This document shows, in pieces, positions 53,996 through 63,500 of a stretch of DNA of 64,000 bases. How positions within the stretch are numbered: the first letter of the stretch is position 1; each line of letters opens with the position of its first letter. The notes under the pieces are model-generated. The model searched no databases and was not told the origin of the DNA. It worked only from the letters and a program-made list of their open reading frames with translations. The position numbers were made by a program, and so were the translations under genes. The DNA comes from a virus (lineage: Duplodnaviria > Caudoviricetes), in the IMG/VR virus record IMGVR_UViG_3300046673_000164, positions 426 through 64,425 of that record. One strand, given 5' to 3'.

Positions 53996-55297
53996 TTATC
54001 GATTGCTGCCAGCCATCAGCAGCATCGCGTCCTCTTTGATCTGCTCCGCTGTCGGAGCATGGGTCTTCTGCGGCTCGCTGCGGGCCGACTCCAACACGCT
54101 GCCAGACTTCGGCTTGGCAGCCGCGCTCGGCTTGATCGTCTTCCACGTAGCGGCCAGCTCGGCTCGGTTAGTCTCGGGAACCGCCAGCAAGAGCTTGATG
54201 TACTTGCTGCTGGGCGCCACGCCGGCGGACTCCAGCACGTCGAGGGCCTGGACATAGTCGGGCTTGTCCTTCTTCGGCTTCTCCACCGGGGGCTCGGCCA
54301 CGCTCTCGGCCGCTTCCTCTTCCCCGCCCGGCTCCTCGCCGCCTTCGGGGCCTTCCTCGGGCTCTTCCTCCTCCGGCGCCTCGTCGGACAAGGCATCGAT
54401 GATCGCGTCGATCTTCTTCTTCAAGTCGTTGAGAAGCTGCTTGCGCTGCCCCTTGTCCGCGGTCGACTTGATCGTCGGCAGGCACTTGGCCAACAGGGCG
54501 TCAATCGCCACGTCGACGGGGTCTTGCTCAAGCTCTGCGCTCGGCTCGGGCGGCGTATCGGTAATCGGCTGACCATCTTCGCCGTTCGGGGCCTGGGTGT
54601 TGGGATCGGCCATGTTCGGATTCTCGCTTTCAAAGATAGAGGATGTGGTCGCAGGATCGGCCACGAGGTCGACCGACCGCACCCGGACAATAGATTCGTG
54701 AATGACGCCGCCAGCCTCGTCGGGAACCTGGATCGTGCGGGCGTTCTGAGAGAAGCCCAACGCCTCGGGCATCCGCTCGGCGGCCTCACAGACCATCTCG
54801 GCCAGCAGATGGCTTTTCAGGTAGTGCAGGTCGGCATAGGCTCCATCGCCTCTGACCACATAGTTGTGGTAGATGCCGAAGCGGTCGGCCACCAGGCGGT
54901 CACGGCCCGGCTTGTCCCGCTCGGGATGGTTGATGTTGCACTTGGCGCCCTCGTACATCGCGCGGGCCTCGCTCAGGGCCTCCAGCGTGTAGCGGCCACC
55001 ATTCTTGCTCTCCAGGCCGCAGAGCTTGACGCCATAGATGACGCCCTCCTCCCGGTCCACGCGGCAAGGCTTGTCCTGCCTGACAAACTCCATCACGTCC
55101 CGCTCAATCTTGCGGGGGGCGATAGAAGGATCGGCGGATTCATTAACGTTCTTGGCTCCGCCCTTCGGCTTGATCTTGCCCTGCTGGATCATAATGGCGA
55201 CCCCCTGCTTCTGCGCCTTCTTCTTGGCGCCCTTACCCGTGTAAACCTTCCCGCTCTTGCCCCACCGTTTCCCGCCCTTAGCTTTTTCAACCGGCAT
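53996..55297 (-). CDS. Prohead protease plus scaffold
   Basis: SKNG.RY, NHP, GFSQNA, SVDLVADPATT; acidic C-terminal scaffold. Confidence 0.85.
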   Translation of the reverse strand: MPVEKAKGGKRWGKSGKVYTGKGAKKKAQKQGVAIMIQQGKIKPKGGAKNVNESADPSIAPRKIERDVMEFVRQDKPCRVDREEGVIYGVKLCGLESKNGGRYTLEALSEARAMYEGAKCNINHPERDKPGRDRLVADRFGIYHNYVVRGDGAYADLHYLKSHLLAEMVCEAAERMPEALGFSQNARTIQVPDEAGGVIHESIVRVRSVDLVADPATTSSIFESENPNMADPNTQAPNGEDGQPITDTPPEPSAELEQDPVDVAIDALLAKCLPTIKSTADKGQRKQLLNDLKKKIDAIIDALSDEAPEEEEPEEGPEGGEEPGGEEEAAESVAEPPVEKPKKDKPDYVQALDVLESAGVAPSSKYIKLLLAVPETNRAELAATWKTIKPSAAAKPKSGSVLESARSEPQKTHAPTAEQIKEDAMLLMAGSNR

Positions 55298-55314
55298 TTC
55301 CCGCTCCAGCAAAT

Positions 55315-55393
55315 AAAAAGAGCCGTCGAAGTGTCGAGCCCTCGACGGCTCCTAGTTGCTCCCGTCCCGCTAGGCTGGCCAGCTAAGCGGCGG
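55315..55393 (-). promoter_or_regulatory. Two-hairpin structured leader of the capsid operon
   Basis: CCGCTTAGCTGGCCAGCCTAGCGG and GAGCCGTCGAG...TTCGACGGCTC followed by TTTTTATTT. Confidence 0.55.
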
Positions 55394-55408
55394 TTCTATC
55401 GCAACTTT

Positions 55409-55420
55409 TATTATAACCTA
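55409..55420 (-). promoter_or_regulatory. Putative late promoter TAGGTTATAATA
   Basis: Same 12-mer as in the duplication at 8341-8384. Confidence 0.6.
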
Positions 55421-55446
55421 GAAACTCAATTCACCAAAACACAAAA

Positions 55447-57729
55447 TCATTCCCCGTGGAAATAAGCTAAGTCGATGCGGTACTGCTTGATGATCTCGTC
55501 GTCCTCTTCCCGCTGAGTCTTCCCGTTCGGCATCCGCCGGCAGCCGATGGGCTGCTTGAGCGGACGCATATGGCAAGCCTGAACCCCGTCGACGATTCCG
55601 ATCCGCACCCGATATTCCGGCCAGAGGTAGGCCAGGCCCCATCCGCTCTCTGTGAGCTGGAAGGTGTCGATGCACTGCTCCAAGCCGCGGCGGCGGAAGA
55701 AGGGCATCATCAGCTCGACGAACCGACCGTTGCGAACGATACTCCTATTCTGGACCGCCAGGTGCGGCCAGCAGTTGACGCTGTCGATAGAGAGGGCTGG
55801 CTGCCATAGGTCGAGGTTGCATGCGTAGCCGATCTGGAACAGCTGATTGATCTGCTTCGTAGACAATTCCACATCGTCGTCAAGGAAGCAGACCGCTTCG
55901 TACTTCTGCCAGATGCCGTCGAGCAGGTGGGTGGCGGAGTAGAACTTTTCTTCATCGACAGAGAAATCCCAATCAGCAAACGCTTCAATATTAGCAAACG
56001 GATCGGGGCCTTTCCAGCGATTGACCGCGACGTCGAATAACCGACCATTTCCGAACAGTTCAGCTTTGCAGCTCCCATCAGAAGACAGATAGACCAGGAA
56101 ACGGTTGCGTGGGTTCGGCTCCCAAAGCTTCTGCGGCTTATGCTCTCCGCCAACCAGCTTCATCATTTCTTTGTCCTTCTGAATGCGACAAGCTTCTCCA
56201 GCGGCAGCGGCCTTTTGCAATAGCAGGTTGTTGCGATCCTCGGAAAGAACTTCTCCTAAAACTGGGGACACAATAGCTTCATGCAAAGCGCGATCAGTGT
56301 GATCCAACAACTCGCCCACAGCCCGATGCATGTCGGTTACCGTTTCGATTCGATAGTAGACCATCAAGGTCTCGCGGAAGTAAGGCAATGTGTTGACCCG
56401 CTTGCGGAACTCCTGCTCTGCTTGCCGATTGCGGGCGAAACCATAATCCAGCATCTTCGCCTCGACATACTCGTTCGTCTGGCAGTTGACATGACCCTGT
56501 CCGATCTGACCGGGAACGGCCCAACTCAGGATGACCTCGTGGCGGGCCGCATAGCAGATATTGTCGAGGAAGATCGATTCATACTTCTGCGGGATGTGCT
56601 CGCCGACTTCCAAGCAGAGCACGCGATCCCAAACGCCGAGGCCGCAGTTCTTCTCCGCCAGGTCAACGACGTAGGTGTCTTTGGCCCATTGCCTGACGTC
56701 GGGGTTGCCGTCGAACCCGCAGCAGTTGATCCCGGCCGCCTGCATCGCCTTCAGATAATGGCACCGACCACATCCGGCGTCAGCCACCGACACATCCCCG
56801 CAATACTCCACAATCGCCGAGGCCAAGCCAGAATCGAACAGGGCTCCATCTGGCGCGTCGTCCAGCCAGTAGCCATGCTCGTGGATGCGGAGCGGCTCGT
56901 GGGCTGCCTGTTTCTGGAAGTCGGGCTGTGAGGCTCGCACTCCACATTGGTCCTGATCCCAGTCGCCCCACGGCATCTCGTTGGTGAAGGGTAGTTCGCC
57001 GTAATGTCGCAGCTTGACTTTGCGGGTGGCAAACAGCTTGGCGCCTGCCTCATTGAGGACGCGGCTGAGCAGCCAGTCCTCGGTCTCGGTTTGGGCACAC
57101 CATCCCTTGCCAGGAATAAACACGATGCGGTTCCTAATCTCGAAGTGGGCCGCCAGCTCCCCACGGTCACCCACCTCCTTGAACCATGGCTTGCGTAGGT
57201 CGATCAGCATACATCCTGTATTTAGCAGCAGCGCATATCCCTTCCCCTCCTCGCCCAGGTCCTTGACGCTGAAGGTCTCGGGCAAGCCGTGAATCTCCCG
57301 CATGGTGATCCGGCACCATGGGTTCCAGGGGCTGTCTATGCAACTGATCGCTGTGCTCGTCGTCCCATGCACATCCTTGATCGGGCTAATGGCCGCGATC
57401 CAGTCGGCGCCGGTCGCCAACATCTCATCGTAGAGGATGTCGACCCACCACGGGGCGGATATGTCGGCGTGGAGGATGGCCAGATGCGTAGACAGGCCCT
57501 CGTCGCGTTTGTTAAGAGCGAAGCATAAGCCCTGGTTGAACCCATGAGCCAGGTTGCTGCATGGCATCGGATCGGCACGAATCAGGCTCTTCCCCTCGCA
57601 CTTGGACGCCTCGACAAAATAGCTCTTGGCGGCTGCCGGATGCACCGGCCCGAAGGTCGGCATGAAGGTGGAAATGATGATCTTCTCTTTTTCAATGGGC
57701 TTCCAACAACGTCCCTGCGTTTCTTCCAT
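55447..57729 (-). CDS. Glycosyltransferase - SAM methyltransferase - DUF707-like triple fusion
   Basis: GT-A-like: ILHAD, NTGCMLID, TEDW, HYG; MTase: DAGCG.C.Y, FDGN, CLEVGEHI, GHVNC; DUF707-like: FLDDD, WQPAL, VELMMPFF, GWG. Confidence 0.75.
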   Translation of the reverse strand: MEETQGRCWKPIEKEKIIISTFMPTFGPVHPAAAKSYFVEASKCEGKSLIRADPMPCSNLAHGFNQGLCFALNKRDEGLSTHLAILHADISAPWWVDILYDEMLATGADWIAAISPIKDVHGTTSTAISCIDSPWNPWCRITMREIHGLPETFSVKDLGEEGKGYALLLNTGCMLIDLRKPWFKEVGDRGELAAHFEIRNRIVFIPGKGWCAQTETEDWLLSRVLNEAGAKLFATRKVKLRHYGELPFTNEMPWGDWDQDQCGVRASQPDFQKQAAHEPLRIHEHGYWLDDAPDGALFDSGLASAIVEYCGDVSVADAGCGRCHYLKAMQAAGINCCGFDGNPDVRQWAKDTYVVDLAEKNCGLGVWDRVLCLEVGEHIPQKYESIFLDNICYAARHEVILSWAVPGQIGQGHVNCQTNEYVEAKMLDYGFARNRQAEQEFRKRVNTLPYFRETLMVYYRIETVTDMHRAVGELLDHTDRALHEAIVSPVLGEVLSEDRNNLLLQKAAAAGEACRIQKDKEMMKLVGGEHKPQKLWEPNPRNRFLVYLSSDGSCKAELFGNGRLFDVAVNRWKGPDPFANIEAFADWDFSVDEEKFYSATHLLDGIWQKYEAVCFLDDDVELSTKQINQLFQIGYACNLDLWQPALSIDSVNCWPHLAVQNRSIVRNGRFVELMMPFFRRRGLEQCIDTFQLTESGWGLAYLWPEYRVRIGIVDGVQACHMRPLKQPIGCRRMPNGKTQREEDDEIIKQYRIDLAYFHGE

Positions 57730-57745
57730 TTGCTTTCTCCCGAAG

Positions 57746-58897
57746 CTAAGGTTTACCAACGCTAATCCCAAACCTAAGATATACAGTTTCGTCTGCCCCT
57801 TTGTCTCGCCAATTCGCCAGCCAGTCCTTCCAGCGGATCAGCACCTTGCCAGGAGCAGCGATATTGCCCGTTCCTTTTGCTTCACCCTTCGGCACGCTGC
57901 CGCCCGGCACGTTCTCTACATTCTCAATAGAGCTATCCTGGCAAATGACATAGCCGGGGAGCATGCCGATGACCGTCAGCCAGTGACCGCCCCCGTAGTC
58001 CTGCGCTGGGCAAATAACCGGCCGCCCCGCCGCGATGGACCTCGAAAGGTCAGTGATCGTCTGGTTGGGGGCGGCCGTCACCTGGAGGCCGAGACGAGTT
58101 AGGTAAGTCTCGATGGCCTTGGCCGACGTGCTCTTCTCTCCGGTCGTACCCACCGCCTTCTTCCACGCTTCGATGTCGTCAGGGCCGACGCCAAAATACC
58201 TACCGACCGACATAGCAGCGGCCGCTCCACAGCTCCAATGGTCCGGCTGTCGAACGTCGGGTACGTCGAGGATGGTGATTTGCTGTTCCTTAAAAGACTC
58301 CATCACACTGCCAAGATAGTCCAGCCAGCATCGACAGCGTGGATGCGCCGGAGGCCCTGCGGGGAAGTCCAACGACCAGACGTCTTGCGGCTGCCCATCC
58401 AAGGGTTCGCACTCCTCGCACACAAGGTCGTCCTGCGCCGTGATCCAGTTAACTTCCTCCGGCCCCAACATGCCGGCCAAGACCATAGATGAGACGACGC
58501 CAAACTCTCCGGCCGTGTTGGCCCTCGTGGTCTCGGTAATAGCGATCTTCTCCGCCCGCTCCACATCGAACTGATCGTCAAGGTCCTCTCCAGCGTCAGC
58601 CAGCTTCCTCGTGTTGTCGATGATCTGCTTCGCCAGCTCCTCGCAGTAACCCTCGGACCAGCGGGCAGACAGCAGCCTGGGATCGGCGTCTAGGTCGTTC
58701 GCAATCTGGCTGCGAAGTCGAGTGAAGGCGAGGTCATAGGTTCCGGCCAGCTGTGGCCTGATCGCCGCCTCTAGATCAATGCGGAAGTCCTCCCAGTTGA
58801 TTGTAGCCGGCTCCTGCTCCTCATAGTCGCGGAACAAGAGAATCAGCGCCGCGACTAGCGCCCGCTCACGATCGGCTCTTTCTTTGAGGTCTGGCAT
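57746..58897 (-). CDS. MuF/SPP1 gp7-like minor head protein fused to a C39 peptidase domain
   Basis: RAEKIAITE, W.T..D..VCEEC.PLDG, PPAHPRCRC; then VPDVRQ...SCGAAA, HWLTV, QDS. Confidence 0.85.
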   Translation of the reverse strand: MPDLKERADRERALVAALILLFRDYEEQEPATINWEDFRIDLEAAIRPQLAGTYDLAFTRLRSQIANDLDADPRLLSARWSEGYCEELAKQIIDNTRKLADAGEDLDDQFDVERAEKIAITETTRANTAGEFGVVSSMVLAGMLGPEEVNWITAQDDLVCEECEPLDGQPQDVWSLDFPAGPPAHPRCRCWLDYLGSVMESFKEQQITILDVPDVRQPDHWSCGAAAAMSVGRYFGVGPDDIEAWKKAVGTTGEKSTSAKAIETYLTRLGLQVTAAPNQTITDLSRSIAAGRPVICPAQDYGGGHWLTVIGMLPGYVICQDSSIENVENVPGGSVPKGEAKGTGNIAAPGKVLIRWKDWLANWRDKGADETVYLRFGISVGKP

Positions 58898-59113
58898 TTA
58901 CTTATAGCCTATCTTTTGCCGATCAACGCCAAGTCCTGCTTCTATTTCACAAGCCATTACCCACTCTTCGTTACGCTCTCTCCCATTCCACCAAACCACC
59001 TTGTACATTACGCCATCCTTGCTAATCGCAATCTCCATAATGATGCCTTGGATCTTTTCGCCAAACCCAAGACTAACCACTTCCCCAATGCGCAACACTT
59101 CCAAATAGCTCAT
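58898..59113 (-). CDS. Small SH3-like hypothetical protein
   Basis: IGEVV...G.I......Y.V.WW...EEW...EI. Confidence 0.55.
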   Translation of the reverse strand: MSYLEVLRIGEVVSLGFGEKIQGIIMEIAISKDGVMYKVVWWNGRERNEEWVMACEIEAGLGVDRQKIGYK

Positions 59114-59137
59114 CGCTTTCTCCCGAAGCTAGAATAA

Positions 59138-60955
59138 TTATGGATAGCTCCGCCAATCGACCTTGGAAGCTTTGGCCAAGGATTCGTACTGGTCTGTCTC
59201 TTGCGGCACAGCGCCCTCATTGCTCATCGGCTTGCTCTTCCCCATACCCGACGCCCCGACGGCCTTGACCGCACTGATTGGGTCCTGCCGTGGCTTGGCC
59301 CCTTGCTTGACCTGCTCGTCGTAGTCGACACCTTCGCGGGTTCCCAGCTCAACCGGAGAGATAATCCCCGCGTCCAATAGCAGGATTCCCCGCTGCGTCT
59401 CCTTCATCCGGTCCCGCACGTCCACTTGCTGGGGCGTCACCATAACATCAACTGCCCGCCGGATGTCGCTCCAGGCATAATTCCCAAGCCGACCAATCTT
59501 CCAGTTGAACCACAACACCTTCCAGTACACTTCCTTCCACAAACCGACGTGCCAGCTCTGCCGTGTCTCAATATGCTTGACGAATGGCGAACCCGCCTCC
59601 AAGATCGAGGCATAGTTGTTGTTCCCGGCGTTGCCCGTAATCATATGCTCCGGCATCGACCATATCTGCGCCACGGACCGCAGCATCGCTTCGTAGATCG
59701 CCACCAATCCAGCGGCCATGCTCTGCTGTACCCAGGGCGGAGGCACAAACTTTTGGTTGGCTCCCAGATAAAGCGAGGTTCCCGGCTGATAGGTCTGTTG
59801 GTAGCTGGTCCGCACGCCCCCGTTCTGTGTCGCGGTCCGGGTGCTCCAATCCGCCGTCGACATGGTGGCCGAATTGACTTGCGACTGCGTCGTACCGGGC
59901 GCCAGCTCCCTAATCCAAGCGATGGCAGCCTGTAACGCTCCGGCGTGGGTCAGGTTGCGGATCATCTTACGGGCCAGCTCCACATCACCGGTCACAGGCC
60001 AGAAATCGCTCACCCCCCGCTTGATATTACGGTCGGTGTTGGCTTTGAGTAAGCACATCCACTTATTGCCGCCGTCGGCTGGAGGATAGCAGGGTTGATT
60101 GCCTCCCGGCATATAATCCCAGTTCTCCAGCGATCCGTCCCACTGCACATAGTAGCCGTGCTTCGATCCGACATCACCTGCCGTCGTATGGATGCCATAG
60201 GACCAGTTGCTCACGAAGCCGAGTCCTGACTCGTCATCCTGGGAGTGCAACCAATCCTCCAAGCCGCCTGGATTGGTCGGCTCGCTGACCTGATCCGGCT
60301 CTACCATGCGCGCCTCGACCCGCCCCTCTCCACGGTGCCACAGTCCGATGAACAGCTCTCCATCGCGGCTATGGCGGATGCACCCTTCCTGGTCCATCGG
60401 CAGCTCGGCAGATCGGCTGCCGCCGGTCACGCTGTTTAGTTCGTCGAACTCGTCCAGGATATTGGTGATCGCATCCAGCAGCTCCTTAGGCGCGTCCCGT
60501 TTGCTCTCTGCCTTGCGGGTGAATCCGGTCTTACCGACCACATAGTCACGCAGCTTGTTGAGAACCCCAAAGGTGGTCTTGTTGTAGGCGGCCAGTAGCC
60601 GGACCGTCCCACGGATCGCGGCCAGCTCCGCCTCGCTCGTCCAATAGGGCCAGTTACGGCCATCCTGGCGGTCGGTCTTGGTCGTAAAAGTAGCCGCATA
60701 GGCCTGATAGCCATAATTGTCTCGGCGGTAGTCCTCAATGTCTATGTAGTCCTCAGGGGCGTATAGGCCCTCCATTGTCTCCTGTGGGCCGGCCGAGCCG
60801 AAGCTGCGGCTTCCCGCCTCCAAGGCCAGGGCACGGTCGAGCTGCTTGAATTGCGCTTCTTGCACCCGCAGGTCCATCTTAATCTGATTGGCCCGATACT
60901 GCGCCTCCAGGACGTCGACGGACTCGGGCTCTTGCGTTTCGGTCGGCATATTCAA
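59138..60955 (-). CDS. Portal protein
   Basis: RDGELF, VEPDQV, KRGVSD, MPEHMITGN..NNYAS; position after the terminase. Confidence 0.88.
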   Translation of the reverse strand: MNMPTETQEPESVDVLEAQYRANQIKMDLRVQEAQFKQLDRALALEAGSRSFGSAGPQETMEGLYAPEDYIDIEDYRRDNYGYQAYAATFTTKTDRQDGRNWPYWTSEAELAAIRGTVRLLAAYNKTTFGVLNKLRDYVVGKTGFTRKAESKRDAPKELLDAITNILDEFDELNSVTGGSRSAELPMDQEGCIRHSRDGELFIGLWHRGEGRVEARMVEPDQVSEPTNPGGLEDWLHSQDDESGLGFVSNWSYGIHTTAGDVGSKHGYYVQWDGSLENWDYMPGGNQPCYPPADGGNKWMCLLKANTDRNIKRGVSDFWPVTGDVELARKMIRNLTHAGALQAAIAWIRELAPGTTQSQVNSATMSTADWSTRTATQNGGVRTSYQQTYQPGTSLYLGANQKFVPPPWVQQSMAAGLVAIYEAMLRSVAQIWSMPEHMITGNAGNNNYASILEAGSPFVKHIETRQSWHVGLWKEVYWKVLWFNWKIGRLGNYAWSDIRRAVDVMVTPQQVDVRDRMKETQRGILLLDAGIISPVELGTREGVDYDEQVKQGAKPRQDPISAVKAVGASGMGKSKPMSNEGAVPQETDQYESLAKASKVDWRSYP

Positions 60956-61039
60956 TTCCTTCTAGGATTAGTTTTAACCCGTTTGTTTTCGCGTTTAACG
61001 CCTTCCCGAAGTCCTTTCGATAATCTAGCCCAAAAACGC

Positions 61040-61435
61040 CTAACTCGCCTTAGAATCGAATCTACGGGGCTTGGTCGCCTGGTAGGTTCGCTTGTCCATA
61101 TATAGCACGTCCTGATAAAAGTTGTAAGGCCAATGCTTCCGCTGGCACTCCGTCCGCACCCGCACGATATCCAGGTAGGCTTCCTGGCAGGCGTCGTGCA
61201 AGTCCAGGCCGAGGATCGCCTCAGTCTCCTCCATCGGCACTTCCGCGAAACGGCTGGTCGGTTTTTCCAGCAGGATCGTCTTCGGCTCCGGCTTCGTCCG
61301 GTAACTTCCCGCTCTGATCTTCTTCACAGTCGATATTGACACTCCTGCCCGATAGGCCGTGAACTTGCAAGTCTTCCCTCTCCCCAGTAATCTTCGACAC
61401 AATCGTATCCTATCATCTGTCAAAGGCCTCGTCAT
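61040..61435 (-). CDS. HTH DNA-binding protein
   Basis: TAYRAGVSISTVKKI. Confidence 0.6.
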   Translation of the reverse strand: MTRPLTDDRIRLCRRLLGRGKTCKFTAYRAGVSISTVKKIRAGSYRTKPEPKTILLEKPTSRFAEVPMEETEAILGLDLHDACQEAYLDIVRVRTECQRKHWPYNFYQDVLYMDKRTYQATKPRRFDSKAS

Positions 61436-61447
61436 AACGATCTCCTC

Positions 61448-62752
61448 CTAGACAAGGGCGCTAGTAACCATCTCCTCTTCGAGAGCGTGCTCCAAGCCCT
61501 CCTTATTCAATCCTCGCTGGAATACTTCCCGCATTAGTCTGACCGCCATTTCCAAGGCATCTGGGCCGTCATCGTGAATCTTCGGCAACGGGAATCCGCG
61601 CAGCTGCTCGATCAGTAGCCTGGTGCCCGGCGTATTACGGAAGCGGAACTCATGCCTGCTGAGGTAGGGTGTCAGAGTCGCCCTGATCCGAATCAGCTTA
61701 TTGTCCCGGTTGTCTAGTGGCCACACCGGAAGGCCGAGGCCGTTCTTACCCTTGCTCTTCTCGTAGAGCTGGTCGGCCAGCATGACCTGCCACATATTGG
61801 ACTCGATGCCTACAGCCGAAGGCTTGAACCAGCGAGCCAAGTCGATCACCGTGTCGCATATCTGCATCCGGTCCTGGCGGAGTAGCTGCCCCTCGACCCA
61901 CATCACGCCGTCGCGGTCAAGGCCCATCAGAACATGCGCCTGGTAGTCGCTCTTGTCCGTCTTCCCCAGTGACGGATCGCAGGTCTGAACCCGATAGACG
62001 AACTGCCGCTCAAGCTCCGGCCAGTCCTCGAACCACATATCGTCGGGGAAGTAAAGAGCTGAAAACTCCGCTCCTGCCATATTGACGAACTGGGCCATAT
62101 GCTCCTGGGAGAACATCGCTTCACCCATATCCAAGAGCGCCTCATCCAGTTCATCCTGATCGATAAGCGGGTTGTCGCTGGTCGGCTTCTGCCACCGCTC
62201 CCACTGGCCCTTCGTGTCCCTTCCTGCCCTATCGAATAGCTCCTTGAACCAATTGAACCCATTAGGCGTGCCGATGTGGATCGTCCAGCCCTTCTTGTCC
62301 GCCAATGCGGGACGTAGGGCAGCCTTCCAGGCGTCCTCAGCCACAAACGCGGACTCATCAATCACCAGACCATCCAACCCTTCCCCGCGAAGGCTATCCG
62401 GATTATCTGCTGACTTGACTTCAATAGACCCACCGCCTGGGAACTCAATCCGACGTTCCTGCTCCCCCTTGTCGCTCCAGGCATTCTTACTAGCCCGCTT
62501 CAGCTGCCGCCAGATGATATTGCTAATTGGGAAAGTAGGAGCCACCCACCAAATCGTCCCCCCATCCAACGCACCCTTGAACCAGCCACGCTCTGGTCCA
62601 TGTCCCTTGATAGTGGCGAGCAGTCCAGTCCCAGTCTTTCCCCACCGCCTTCCACACACCACTACTTTATGGCGAGCAGAAGACAGAAGCACCCTGCGCT
62701 GGTGTGGCAGGGCCTTAGGAAGGCTGATTGTCCTCTGGATGGCTGTTACCAT
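61448..62752 (-). CDS. terL: Terminase large subunit
   Basis: GRRWGKT, WVAPT, LRGEGLD.LVIDE, GTP.G.N.F, DPS...SDY, HDDGPDAL. Confidence 0.95.
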   Translation of the reverse strand: MVTAIQRTISLPKALPHQRRVLLSSARHKVVVCGRRWGKTGTGLLATIKGHGPERGWFKGALDGGTIWWVAPTFPISNIIWRQLKRASKNAWSDKGEQERRIEFPGGGSIEVKSADNPDSLRGEGLDGLVIDESAFVAEDAWKAALRPALADKKGWTIHIGTPNGFNWFKELFDRAGRDTKGQWERWQKPTSDNPLIDQDELDEALLDMGEAMFSQEHMAQFVNMAGAEFSALYFPDDMWFEDWPELERQFVYRVQTCDPSLGKTDKSDYQAHVLMGLDRDGVMWVEGQLLRQDRMQICDTVIDLARWFKPSAVGIESNMWQVMLADQLYEKSKGKNGLGLPVWPLDNRDNKLIRIRATLTPYLSRHEFRFRNTPGTRLLIEQLRGFPLPKIHDDGPDALEMAVRLMREVFQRGLNKEGLEHALEEEMVTSALV

Positions 62753-63189
62753 TACAAGCTCATCCTCGACCTGGGTTTTCCATTTCCGTTGCTGGACGCC
62801 TTCCCATTACCGTTCGACAGGCCAAGAGTAGCAAGGCGGGTTGCGTTTCCATACCAGTTGTCATCCTCCACCACCTTGACGGTCACTTCCATACTGCCTG
62901 TAGTCTTCTGGTCGATCTGCGTAACAGGCTCCCTATACCCAAGCCACTGCTTACTAAGCCAGATCATCAACGAGCGGTCTCCTTGCAGGGCCATCTTATA
63001 CATGACCTTCTGCAACTTCCCGTTGCGTTTGTTTCTGCCTCTCTGTATAGCTCCCAAATAATTATTACTCAACGTCTCCGCACTACAGCCCATCACGTCT
63101 GCAGTATACTCGACAGTATTGGCCTCTGCAATCAACTCCTCGATCTTCTGTTCGTCGAGTTGCAGACGTGGTCGTCCTCGCTTCGCCAT
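62752..63189 (-). CDS. terS: Terminase small subunit
   Basis: GRP, HTH (ADVMGCS..TL), A..GD..LMIWL.KQWLG; coupled to terL. Confidence 0.8.
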   Translation of the reverse strand: MAKRGRPRLQLDEQKIEELIAEANTVEYTADVMGCSAETLSNNYLGAIQRGRNKRNGKLQKVMYKMALQGDRSLMIWLSKQWLGYREPVTQIDQKTTGSMEVTVKVVEDDNWYGNATRLATLGLSNGNGKASSNGNGKPRSRMSL

Positions 63190-63200
63190 GATGTCTTACC

Positions 63201-63218
63201 CCTATTATATAAGACCTA
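63201..63218 (-). promoter_or_regulatory. Putative late promoter (TAGGTCTTATATAATAGG)
   Basis: TATAAT with flanks similar to the other late-type sites, just upstream of terS. Confidence 0.5.
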
Positions 63219-63500
63219 GTAGAGGCCGACGATGCCGGTGGCCGTCGTGCCTGTTGCCCACACTTGGGTGACCAGGAAATGGTATACGCCTCCAGCCACC
63301 ACCGCTATCGTAGCCTGGCTTCCGTCGAAGAAGGTCAAGTTCAGGTTGCCGTCGACGGCCACAATCAAGGCACGCACCGGACTAGACAGTAGAGTCGAGT
63401 CTGATGGGGTGATGCTGACCGCTCCCGTGTAGGAATCGATGATGCGGTCCACGTGACCGTTGACCGGAGAATTGAGGGTATTGGTGTTAGGATAGCTCAC
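63216..63500 (-). CDS. Head spike base protein (RcGTA Rcc01079-like)
   Basis: ITPSD...RAL.V..DG.L...V.ATGTTA.GIV.L pattern. Confidence 0.7.
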   Translation of the reverse strand: MSYPNTNTLNSPVNGHVDRIIDSYTGAVSITPSDSTLLSSPVRALIVAVDGNLNLTFFDGSQATIAVVAGGVYHFLVTQVWATGTTATGIVGLY

